A DNA stretch of 64,000 nt from an uncultured Holophagales bacterium. Lineage in GTDB: Bacteria; Acidobacteriota; Thermoanaerobaculia; Multivoradales; UBA5704. Positions 33,422 through 41,728 of the stretch are shown piece after piece; position 1 is the first letter of the stretch, and the number at the start of each line of letters is the position of its first letter. A program made the translations under genes and the position numbers. The notes below the pieces were generated by a model that worked only from the letters and a program-made list of their open reading frames with translations, did not search any database and was not told the origin of the DNA. The stretch spans positions 128,001 through 192,000 of the forward strand of contig CAWJGT010000001.1 in NCBI GenBank assembly GCA_963842525.1. Reading direction: 5' to 3'.

Positions 33422-33846
33422 ATCTCAGGCAGAGTCCCCGTGATCACGACCCGGTCAAAGCAGGAAAGAACTCCCAAAATCTGGTCCGTATACCGTTCCG
33501 TCAACGCAACCATCAGCGTGCCCTCCAAAGATGCCGAAACACCTGCCTCGGCAACCCCAAGAGCATACCCTCTCTCTCTTTCCGCTACTTGTTTGGTTCC
33601 GGCTCGGCCGGGTTAGGGCTACGTGCAGGAACGGAGATGGTTTCAATGCAAGCTGGCCTCAAGCGATCTTTGAACAGTGGCGAGCTAACAATAGGGAGGT
33701 GGCAAGAAGGCGAGTTATGGACACGACGGTACCGTGGCCTGATAACGATGCGGAAGCCTTGGTGGTGGATCGACTCATCGGACAGATTCAGACTGCGCGA
33801 ATGCGGACGAATGGCGGTACGTTGTCGTTGTCCGCCACAGGCACTA

Positions 33847-35014
33847 GTGTAGTGGGTCTGATATCCGGTAACCTGTGTTACCCTCTCCTGGTCTGCCGTA
33901 CCTCCAGGAGGAAAGAAGATGCGGGTTGCGGTTGAGGTAGTTCTCTCGGCAGAGGAGAGAGAAGAGTTGGAGAGACTGGCGGGAGGCCGGAAGGTCCCTG
34001 CGCGTGTTGTGGAGAGAGCGAGGATCGTCTTGCTCGCTGCCGAGGGCAAGCAGGACCGGGAAATCGCGAGACTCTGCGGTGTGGTGCGTCAGACGGTGAG
34101 TCGTTGGCGCCGTCGATTTGTCGAGAGGCGAATCGCCGGCCTTCTGAAGGACGCTCCGCGGCCTGGACGAAGGCGGCGGATCAGCGAGGAAGTGATTCGG
34201 GAGATCGTTCGCAAGACAACTCAAGAAACGCCTAAGGGCCGGACTCATTGGAGCACCCGCAGCCTGGCTAAGGTGATGGAGTTGAGCCCGAGCACGATAG
34301 GTCGAGTGTGGAGGAGTCACGGCTTGAAGCCGCATTTGTCTCGTACCTTCAAACTGAGCCGGGATCCGAAGTTTGTGGAGAAGTTGGACGATATCATTGG
34401 TCTCTATATGAATCCTCCCGAGCACGCTTTGGTGCTCTCTGTCGATGAGAAGAGCCAGATTCAGGCGCTCGACCGAACCCAGCCGGGGCTTCCGCTTGTC
34501 CGAGGTCGTGCTGGGACAATGACCCACGACTACAAGCGCCATGGGACGACAACTCTGTTCACGGCGCTCAATACGTTGGATGGGACGGTGATTGGAACCT
34601 GTATGCCCCAACATCGTCATCAAGAGTGGATCAAGTTCCTCCGTCTCATCGACCGCGAGACCCCGAAAGACAAGGACATTCACCTGATCGCTGATAACTA
34701 CGCGACTCACAAGCACGCCAAGGTCCGGGCCTGGTTGGAGAGCCATCCGCGGTTCACCGTTCATTTCACGCCAACCAGCGCCTCGTGGCTCAACATGGTC
34801 GAGCGCTTCTTCCGCGACATCACAGAGAATCGACTGCGCCGGGGAATCTTTCGCAGTGTGGGGGATCTGATTACCACCATTGACGAGTATCTGGTTCATC
34901 ACAACCAAGATCCCAAACCCTACATCTGGACGAAGTCCGCCAAAGATATCCTGGAGAAGGTCACCCGTGCCCAGAACGCACTACTTAAGAGCGCATCTGT
35001 GTGACCCACTACAC
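33847..35014 (+). mobile_element. IS630-family element
   Basis: Inverted repeats GTGTAGTGGGTC/GACCCACTACAC flanked by duplicated TA in a CTAG target. Confidence 0.93.
33919..35004 (+). CDS. IS630 transposase (361 aa)
   Basis: N-terminal HTH, SVDEKSQIQAL, HDYKRHGT, ADNYATH, SWLNMVE. Confidence 0.94.
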   Translation: MRVAVEVVLSAEEREELERLAGGRKVPARVVERARIVLLAAEGKQDREIARLCGVVRQTVSRWRRRFVERRIAGLLKDAPRPGRRRRISEEVIREIVRKTTQETPKGRTHWSTRSLAKVMELSPSTIGRVWRSHGLKPHLSRTFKLSRDPKFVEKLDDIIGLYMNPPEHALVLSVDEKSQIQALDRTQPGLPLVRGRAGTMTHDYKRHGTTTLFTALNTLDGTVIGTCMPQHRHQEWIKFLRLIDRETPKDKDIHLIADNYATHKHAKVRAWLESHPRFTVHFTPTSASWLNMVERFFRDITENRLRRGIFRSVGDLITTIDEYLVHHNQDPKPYIWTKSAKDILEKVTRAQNALLKSASV

Positions 35015-35141
35015 TAGTATTTGTACTTATTGCCGCAGACTCATTCGGAGCTTCTGTAGGCACTACGGGCTCACCTGGAGTAACGATCCGCAGTAGTTCA
35101 CGGATTCTCCCCCTTTCCCTCCCGCCCGAGAGAAGGAGAAA

Positions 35142-35200
35142 TTCCCCTTGACACCTTAGGGGAACCCGCCGTACCATCTCCCCTGGACATCTTAGGGGAA
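35142..35200 (+). promoter_or_regulatory. Two imperfect palindromic operators overlapping the padR promoter and RBS
   Basis: TTCCCCTTGACACCTTAGGGGAA and CTCCCCTGGACATCTTAGGGGAA; TTGACA at 35148 and TACCAT at 35172. Confidence 0.75.
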
Positions 35201-35207
35201 CGAAACA

Positions 35208-35540
35208 ATGGCCAAACTGGATCTGCTGCAAGGAACCCTCGACGTTCTTATTTTAAAGGCGCTCTCGTGGGGGCCGCTCCATGGGTATGCGGTGGTGCGC
35301 TGGATCGGCCGGCAGACGGGCGATGTGCTCCGCATCGAGGAAGGCGCCCTCTATCCGGCGCTCCACCGGATGGAGGAGCGGGGGTGGATCGAGGCGGAAT
35401 GGGGAATCTCGGAGAACAACCGGCGGGCCAAGTTCTACCGCATGACCGACCTCGGCCGGCGCCAGCTCCATACTGAAGCCGAATCCTGGCAGCGCTACGC
35501 CGATGCGGTCGGCAGAGTCCTTCAGGCCGCCGCGGCCTGA
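35208..35540 (+). CDS. PadR-family transcriptional regulator (acidobacterial type)
   Basis: LLQGTLDVLIL, HGY, EEGALYPALHR, SENNRRAKFY. Confidence 0.93.
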   Translation: MAKLDLLQGTLDVLILKALSWGPLHGYAVVRWIGRQTGDVLRIEEGALYPALHRMEERGWIEAEWGISENNRRAKFYRMTDLGRRQLHTEAESWQRYADAVGRVLQAAAA

Positions 35541-35554
35541 GAACGGAGACGATC

Positions 35555-38257
35555 ATGGCAATCTGGCGGCGCGCTTTCCGTCTCCACATCAAGGGCGGCA
35601 CGGTCGATCGGGACGTCGACGACGAGATCGCCTTCCATGTCGAAACACTGACCGAGGAGCTGGTCGAGGAAGGGATGGCCCCGCATACGGCGCGGGAGGA
35701 GGCCGTGCGGCGGTTCGGCGACCTGGCGCGAGTGCGCCGGGACTGCGTCGAGATCGGCCGGCGCCGGCAGAAGGCGAAGCGGCGCGTCGAGGTCTTCTCG
35801 GAGCTGAAACAGGACGCTGTCTTCGCCTTCCGGCAGCTTTGCCGGGCGCCCGGGCTCACCCTGGTCGCCGTCCTCACCCTGGCCCTGGGTATCGGCTCGA
35901 CGGCCGCGATCTTCAGCGTCCTTCATGCCGTGGTGCTGCGCCCGCTGCCGTTCCCGCACCCGGAGCGCATCGTCCATCTCTGGTCCCTGGAACGGGGCGA
36001 GGAGCGCTCTCTCTCGCCCGGCAACTTCTTCGCGTTCCGCAACGAGGCACAGTCGCTCGAGCACCTCTCGGCCTTGCAGAACGCGAGCTTCAACCTGACA
36101 GGAGACGGCCTGCCGGAACGCATCCTCGGCGCCCGCGTCTCGGCCGGCTACTTCGCGGCGTTCCAGGCACGGCCGGAGCTCGGCCGCGTCTTTTCCGAGG
36201 CGGAAGACCAGCCCGGCCGCGAGCAGGTCGTGGTGCTCTCCTCGCAGCTCTGGCATGACCGTTTCGGGGCAGACCCTCGCGTCGTCGGGCGCCCCATCCT
36301 TCTCAACGGGCTGCCCTATACGGTGGTTGGCGTCATGCCCGCCTCCTTCAGCCTGCGCGCGGACGGCCCGCAAGTGTGGGCGCCCATGGCCCTGGAGACC
36401 GAGAAGGCGACGGAATTCGGCCATAACTATCTGCAGGTGTTCGGCCGCCGGCGGCCCGGCATCTCCCTGCAGGAGGCCCAGAGCGAGGTCACGGCGCTCG
36501 CCCGGCGGCTGGAGGAGCGCGCTCCGGACGACAACCGGGGCAAAGGTGCGCTGCTCGAAGGTTTTGGAAACCGGCTCGTCGGCGGCTACCGCCAGCGGTT
36601 CCTTATCCTCCTGGGCGCGGTCGGGTGCGTCCTGCTGATCGCCTGCGTCAACGTGTCCAACCTGCTCCTCGCGCGCGGCGCGGCCCGGTCGCGGGAGATC
36701 GCGATCCGCGCCGCCCTCGGCGCCGGACGCGGGCGGATCGTCCGCCAGCTCTTCACCGAGAGCCTCGTGCTGGGCCTCGCCGGGGCCGCCGCGGGCCTGG
36801 CGCTGGCTTACGGAGGCGTGCGCTTCCTGGTGGCGATCAGCCCGCCGGGCGTGCCGCGCCTGGAGCAGGCGGCGATCGACGGCACGGTGCTGGCCTTCCT
36901 GCTCGCCGTATCACTCGCTGCGAGCCTGGCCGTCGGGTTGATGCCGGCGCTGCGGACCACGCGGCCCGACCTTCAGGGCATGCTCAAGGAAGGCGGCAGG
37001 AGCCTCGGCGGCTCACCGCGCGACCGTGTGCGCTCCACGCTCCTGGTGACCGAGGTGGCCCTCGCCCTGGTGCTCCTGGCCGGCGCGGGCCTGCTGATCC
37101 GTAGCGCCATCCGCCTCCAGCAGGTCGAGATGGGCTTCGACCCCGAGGGTGTCCTCACGGCGCAGATCTCGCTGCCGTCGAGCGACTATCCCGACAACAG
37201 CCGGATCGTCGCCACGGCCCTGAGGATCATCGAAGAAGTCGAGCACCTGCCGGGGGTCGAGTCGGCAGCGGCCGCCTCGATCCTTCCGTTCTCGCGCTGG
37301 AACACCTCCTCGACCTTGACGATCGAGGGCCACGTCACGCAGGACCGAAGCGAGCAGATCGACGGCAACACCCGGGTCGTCACCCCCGGTTACCTTCATA
37401 CGCTGGGGGTCCCGCGGCTGCGCGGGCGCGACTTTACACCGGCGGACCGCGAGGACGCTCCCGGCGTTGTCGCGATCAACGCCACCCTGGCCCGCATGGC
37501 CTGGCCGGGGGAGAACCCCATCGGCAAGCGCCTCGCCTACTCCGCCACGGACGACGAGCCCGACTGGCTGGAGGTCGTCGCGGTCGTAGGGGACTTCCGG
37601 CAGGGCCGGGTCGAGCGGGCGGTGCAGCCCGAGCTCTACCTCCCGTTGCCCCAGGCGGTCGGCTTCCTCCAGAACGGCAACGGCGCCTCCGTCGCAATTG
37701 TGGCCAAAGCATCGGCCCGAGCGCCGGCCAAACCCTGGGCGCGTCGAAGGAGCGACCCCTCCACCCTCGCGGAGCCGCTGCGCCGGGCCGTCCAGGCAGT
37801 CGATCCCCGGCTGCCGGTCTTCGACCTCAAGACCCTCAACGAGATCCGCGCCGCCTCGGTGGCCATAAACCGTTTCAACACGCTGCTGCTGACGGCGCTC
37901 GGGGTGATCGGCCTGGTGCTCGCGGCAGTGGGGATCTATGGAGTGATCGCCTACTTCGTCAGCCAGCGCACGTCAGAGATCGGCGTGCGGATGGCTCTCG
38001 GCGCCACCAAGGGACGGGTTCTGGTGATGGTCGTGCTGGAGGCCATGCGCCCGGTGGTGGTCGGCCTGGTCCTGGGCCTCGCCGGCGCCTTCGCCGCAAC
38101 CCGTGCGATGGCCAGCCTCCTCTTCGGCGTCACCGCGACCGACCCGGCGACCTTCGCAGGCGTGCTCGTGGTCCTGGCCGCCGCGGCGCTCCTGGCGAGC
38201 TGGCTGCCGGCCCGGCGGGCGGCCGAGGTGGACCCCACGCGGGCGCTGGCGCCTTAG
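35555..38257 (+). CDS. ADOP-family duplicated ABC permease (MacB/FtsX domains)
   Basis: DDEIAFH prefix, LTLALGIG, LLIACVNVSNLLL, REIAIRAALGA, EIGVRMALGA, WLPARRA. Confidence 0.92.
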   Translation: MAIWRRAFRLHIKGGTVDRDVDDEIAFHVETLTEELVEEGMAPHTAREEAVRRFGDLARVRRDCVEIGRRRQKAKRRVEVFSELKQDAVFAFRQLCRAPGLTLVAVLTLALGIGSTAAIFSVLHAVVLRPLPFPHPERIVHLWSLERGEERSLSPGNFFAFRNEAQSLEHLSALQNASFNLTGDGLPERILGARVSAGYFAAFQARPELGRVFSEAEDQPGREQVVVLSSQLWHDRFGADPRVVGRPILLNGLPYTVVGVMPASFSLRADGPQVWAPMALETEKATEFGHNYLQVFGRRRPGISLQEAQSEVTALARRLEERAPDDNRGKGALLEGFGNRLVGGYRQRFLILLGAVGCVLLIACVNVSNLLLARGAARSREIAIRAALGAGRGRIVRQLFTESLVLGLAGAAAGLALAYGGVRFLVAISPPGVPRLEQAAIDGTVLAFLLAVSLAASLAVGLMPALRTTRPDLQGMLKEGGRSLGGSPRDRVRSTLLVTEVALALVLLAGAGLLIRSAIRLQQVEMGFDPEGVLTAQISLPSSDYPDNSRIVATALRIIEEVEHLPGVESAAAASILPFSRWNTSSTLTIEGHVTQDRSEQIDGNTRVVTPGYLHTLGVPRLRGRDFTPADREDAPGVVAINATLARMAWPGENPIGKRLAYSATDDEPDWLEVVAVVGDFRQGRVERAVQPELYLPLPQAVGFLQNGNGASVAIVAKASARAPAKPWARRRSDPSTLAEPLRRAVQAVDPRLPVFDLKTLNEIRAASVAINRFNTLLLTALGVIGLVLAAVGIYGVIAYFVSQRTSEIGVRMALGATKGRVLVMVVLEAMRPVVVGLVLGLAGAFAATRAMASLLFGVTATDPATFAGVLVVLAAAALLASWLPARRAAEVDPTRALAP

Positions 38258-38297
38258 CATCCCCAAGGGTTGGGCCATCATGGCCAAACCGCCTCCC

Positions 38298-38405
38298 GTA
38301 GGGGCAACCCTTGTGGTTGCCCTGCATCGCCTGCCCCTGCGGTGGGAAAATGCGCAGCGGCCGCCACGTGGCAAGACCGTGGGCAACCACAAGGGTTGCC
38401 CCTAC
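38298..38405. repeat. Inverted pair of GTAG-type REP sequences
   Basis: GTAGGGGCAACCCTTGTGGTTGCCC (38298-38322) and its exact reverse complement (38381-38405) between convergent genes. Confidence 0.85.
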
Positions 38406-38463
38406 AGGAGGGGATCGGATGCACCCCACCCCCTGCCAGGCATACCCGGGCAAAGGTGAGGGC

Positions 38464-39557
38464 TCACCCCCGATCTGCATGAAGCTGACGAGGTTGCCGT
38501 AGTTGCCCTGGGTGAGCATGTGCTCGGCCGGCTTCTCGGCCAGGACGCGCAGGATCTCGGCTTCGAGCGCCGCCTCCGGGTCGTCCGCGGCCAGGAGGTG
38601 GCGCAGGGGGTGGACCCGGTCGGCGAAGAGGCAGAGGCGCAGCTCGCCGCGGGCGGTCAGGCGCAGGCGGTTGCAGTCGGCGCAGAAGGTGTGGGAGAGC
38701 GGGGTGATGAAGCCCACGGTGCCCTGGGCCCCCGGCAGGCGGAAGGCCTTCGCCGGGCCGGTGCGTGGGCCCGCCTCGGCCTCGCTCACCGGTGTCAGGG
38801 CTCCGAAGCGCTCCTCGATCCGGGCGCGCACCTCGTCCGACGAGACGTATTCGGCCGCGTGCAGGTGCTCGGTGCTCGCCGTCGGCATCAGCTCGATGAA
38901 GCGGACGGCCAGCGGCCGGTCGAGGGTCAGGGCGACCAGCCGCTCGACGTCCTTCTGGTTGGTCCGCAGCAGCACGGTGTTGAGCTTGACCGGCTCCAGG
39001 CCGATGGCGAGGGCCGCCTCGACGCCGCGCCAGACCTGCTCCACGTCGCCCGTCCGGGTGATCTGCCGGAAGGTCTCGGGGTCCAGGCTGTCGAGGCTGA
39101 CGTTGACGCGGTCGACGCCGGCCTCCTGGAGCGCGGGCGCGAGGCGCTCGAGCTCGGTGCCGTTGGTCGACAGGGCCAGGTTCTCGATCCCGGGCAGCGC
39201 CTTGATGCGGCGGGCGATCTCCAGGATGTCCTTGCGCACCAGCGGCTCGCCGCCGGTGAGGCGGACGCGGCGGATGCCCAGGCGCGCCAGAGCGCCGACC
39301 AGGGTGCCGATCTCTTCCGCCGTGAGGAGGTCGCGGTCGCCGAAAGGAAACTCGGCGTCGGCCGGCAGGCAATAGGTGCAGCGCAGGTTGCAGCGGTCGG
39401 TCACCGACACCCGCAGGTAGGTCAGGCGCCGGCCGAACGAGTCGACGAGACGGCTGCCTCCGGCCTCTCCAGGAAAAATCCGGACAGGGATGGGCGGCGG
39501 CTTCTCGGGAAGGTCAGGAAGGATCGCGGCGGATCCGATCGTCACCAGGCGGTCCAT
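38464..39557 (-). CDS. moaA: GTP 3',8-cyclase (stop displaced by a probable 1-nt deletion in a G run)
   Basis: YLRVSVTDRCNLRCTYC, LTGGEP, FCADCNRLRLT, C-terminal MQIGG. Confidence 0.93.
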
Positions 39558-39788
39558 GGTCTCCTCGGTTTCTCCTCATAGGACCACCGAGCCGCACGGG
39601 TGAGCGGATCGGCCCGCCTTTCCAAGCACGGGAGGCGACCCGGTTTCCCGGGCCACCCTATCGGCCTGCCCTCCCGCCGTTGTCCGGGTAGGGTCGAGCA
39701 GGCTCGGTGGGCCTGGGCCTCATTCTACTCCAGGGGAGGCGGGAGGGCGAGACCCTCCCATGGCTCCATGCCTCCGGATCTCGCGGGC

Positions 39789-40097
39789 TCAGTCGCAGTC
39801 GCAGCCGCAGGTGTCGAGGTTGCAGGCGCAGTTCCAGCCGACGTGCCTCTGGCAGAACATCGGGTCCCAGTAGTAGCAGTAGCATTCGTTGGCGGTCTCG
39901 ATCTGGGGGCTGAAGATGTCGGCCAGTTGCACCGGCCGGGCAGCGTCCTGGCCTGGGGAGGCGGGGGTGGCGAGGGTCTGGTCGATCGAAGGCGTGTCCG
40001 CAGGGAGAGAGGGGGCCGCGCTCTCCGCGGCGGCCGGGATCGCGGCGAGCAGCCCGGCGAGGGCCATTCCGAGAACGTATGCCTGGATCTTTTTCAT
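39789..40097 (-). CDS. Small secreted Cys-rich peptide (102 aa)
   Basis: GGAGAGGAG RBS, MKK signal peptide, Pro/Ala spacer, 8 Cys in the last 31 aa. Confidence 0.75.
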   Translation of the reverse strand: MKKIQAYVLGMALAGLLAAIPAAAESAAPSLPADTPSIDQTLATPASPGQDAARPVQLADIFSPQIETANECYCYYWDPMFCQRHVGWNCACNLDTCGCDCD

Positions 40098-40277
40098 GCT
40101 CTCCTCTCCTTTCGCGAGGAGCCTCTCCGCAGCCATTGCGAGGAGGCGTGGTTGAGCAGACAAGGAATTCTAAGACAGCTCCGGAAGCGCTTCGCTTGAT
40201 TCCCGGGTACTCTCTTCTTAGAATCTCAGCGCCGATCCGACGTTTCCACGGGCGAGTCGTGCGCCGCGACGCCGCGA

Positions 40278-41081
40278 ATGATCACCGGGTACAACACAGA
40301 CGTCCGCCACAACGAGGTGGTCTTCCATGTCCAGACCGAGGACAAGGGACTGGCCAACCCGTTCATCGAGAGCCTGGTCTACGTCGGCGGCCAGGTGCTG
40401 GCGAGCAAGCGTGCGGGCTATGCCGAGCTTCTCGCCGAGGGCAAGGAGGAGAGGGACATCGTGGCGCTCATGGACCACCAGCACCGGACCATGATCGCGG
40501 CGATCCGGCACGGCAAGCTCGACGCCCGGTTGGCGGAGCTCTTCACCAAGAGCCAGACGGGCCCGCACCCGAGGACCTCCACGGGCGCGTCGACGGCCGT
40601 CCCCGAGCCGACGGAGGTCGTCAGGGCGCAGCCCGCGACGGCGGTCCGGCCTGCCACGCCGCCGCCTCCGGTGCTCCCCCCACCCCTCCAGCCACCGCGC
40701 CCGGCCCCGGTGCCGGCGTCCGCTCCGGCGCGGGAGCGCACGCTCGACCAGGTCATCCTGGAATACCTCACCAGCGAGGCCGACCAGGAGCAGCTCGTCC
40801 TGATGGTCGAGGGGGAGCCCGACCTGGGCCTCGGCCGCCAGGCGGCGATCACGCTGCGCACCAGCTCGAGCAAGAGCGGCGCGCCGGTGGTGGATGCCCA
40901 GGTCTCGGTGCGGATGATCTCGACCGTCACCGAGCCGCGCATCCTGGCCACCGGCCGGACCAATGATGACGGGCTCCTCCCTCTCGCCTTCGAGATCCCG
41001 CACCTGGGCCGCGGCACCGCCGCCCTGATCATCACCGCCAGCAGCCAGATCGGCCGGGCGGAATTGAAACACCTCCTGTAA
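40278..41081 (+). CDS. Conserved hypothetical protein
   Basis: MITGYNTDV...FHVQTEDKG N-domain, Pro-rich linker, beta-rich C-domain; host-like codon usage. Confidence 0.7.
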   Translation: MITGYNTDVRHNEVVFHVQTEDKGLANPFIESLVYVGGQVLASKRAGYAELLAEGKEERDIVALMDHQHRTMIAAIRHGKLDARLAELFTKSQTGPHPRTSTGASTAVPEPTEVVRAQPATAVRPATPPPPVLPPPLQPPRPAPVPASAPARERTLDQVILEYLTSEADQEQLVLMVEGEPDLGLGRQAAITLRTSSSKSGAPVVDAQVSVRMISTVTEPRILATGRTNDDGLLPLAFEIPHLGRGTAALIITASSQIGRAELKHLL

Positions 41082-41139
41082 CCGCCCTCCCCGACCGGGC
41101 AGGTCCCTCTTCCCGGCGCGTGTGATATAGCCTTGGGCG

Positions 41140-41367
41140 ATGGACGTTGAAATGGAACGGGCCGTCCTCGACATCTACCTCAACGGGGAGCCGCGCCGGC
41201 TGTCGCAGGGCGCCACCGTTCTCGACCTGCTCTCCGAGCTGGGACAGGACCCGCGGACCGTGGCCGTCGAGCGTAACGGCGACATCGTGCGGCGCGCCGA
41301 CTATGGTGTGACCGGGCTCGCGCCGGGCGACCGGCTCGAAATGGTCCACTTCGTTCAGGGCGGATAA
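41140..41367 (+). CDS. thiS: Sulfur carrier protein ThiS
   Basis: LNGE, VAVERNG, GDRLEMVHFVQGG C-terminus. Confidence 0.9.
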   Translation: MDVEMERAVLDIYLNGEPRRLSQGATVLDLLSELGQDPRTVAVERNGDIVRRADYGVTGLAPGDRLEMVHFVQGG

Positions 41368-41471
41368 GCAGACGTGGGACCGGCGTTGGAATGTCCGGAG
41401 GGCCTGGAATGTTCCAGGAAGGCGAGAGGATGACGGGAGCCCTGCCGGGAGCATCGAGGGTGGAGGGGGCG

Positions 41472-41501
41472 TTGTCATCCGGGCTCCTCTTTGAGTATCA
41501 T
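41472..41501 (+). promoter_or_regulatory. Candidate sigma70 promoter for the tRNA-tig operon
   Basis: TTGTCA-N18-TATCAT ending 12 nt before tRNA-Lys. Confidence 0.5.
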
Positions 41502-41513
41502 CCGTCACGTCAC

Positions 41514-41589
41514 GGGCCGCTAGCTCAACTGGCAGAGCAGCAGACTCTTAATCTGCGGGTTGAAGGTTCGATTCCTTCGCGGCTCACCA
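41514..41589 (+). tRNA. tRNA-Lys(CTT)
   Basis: 76-nt cloverleaf, anticodon arm CAGAC-T-CTT-AA-TCTG, GGTTCGATT, 3' CCA. Confidence 0.95.
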
Positions 41590-41621
41590 TCTTCCTTCTT
41601 CATCTCCCCAGCGAACCCTCG

Positions 41622-41710
41622 GCGAAAGTGGCGGAACTGGTATACGCGCTAGACTTAGGATCTAGTCCCGAGAGATCGGGTTGGGGGTTCGAGTCCCCCC
41701 TTTCGCACCA
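41622..41710 (+). tRNA. tRNA-Leu(TAG)
   Basis: GCGAAAG/CTTTCGC acceptor stem, CTAGA-CT-TAG-GA-TCTAG arm, long variable arm, 3' CCA. Confidence 0.95.
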
Positions 41711-41728
41711 GGAGAGGACGACGAGCGC

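Larger units (their letters stand above)
30334..33513 (-). pseudogene. Putative transposase (505 aa when rejoined) with C-terminal winged helix, interrupted by IS66
   Basis: 33513-33422 joined to 31759-30334 reads LSCFDRVVITGTLPEI|CH; IKMYDK...LRIETT motif; C-terminal LKRLRTHGLVKK...YYLT wHTH; GGAGG RBS. Confidence 0.7.
30279..33613 (-). mobile_element. Candidate IS-like element without terminal inverted repeats (about 1.67 kb without the inserted IS66)
   Basis: Interrupts a gene; TTAG at both junctions; subterminal hairpins at 30288-30315 and 33599-33611; single large ORF. Confidence 0.7.
29956..35096 (+). pseudogene. Interrupted 211-aa gene: Pro-rich N-terminus plus putative deaminase-like domain (29956-30278 + 33614-33846 + 35017-35096)
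   Basis: GAGGAG RBS; removing the inserted elements gives a 636-nt open frame with NDAE and SICTYC. Confidence 0.65.

Noticed and set aside
38130-38463. C-terminal extension of MoaA
   Set aside because: MoaA ends in a conserved GG; one extra G restores IGG-stop at 38464, and the extension runs through a REP doublet
38464-40097. Radical SAM plus Cys-rich peptide as a RiPP (sactipeptide/ranthipeptide) cluster
   Set aside because: The enzyme is a canonical MoaA and the peptide has a Sec signal rather than a RiPP leader; there is no RRE, transporter or dedicated protease
41514-41710. tRNA genes as island integration sites
   Set aside because: They are followed directly by tig-clpP-clpX-lon; no integrase or duplicated tRNA 3' end was found
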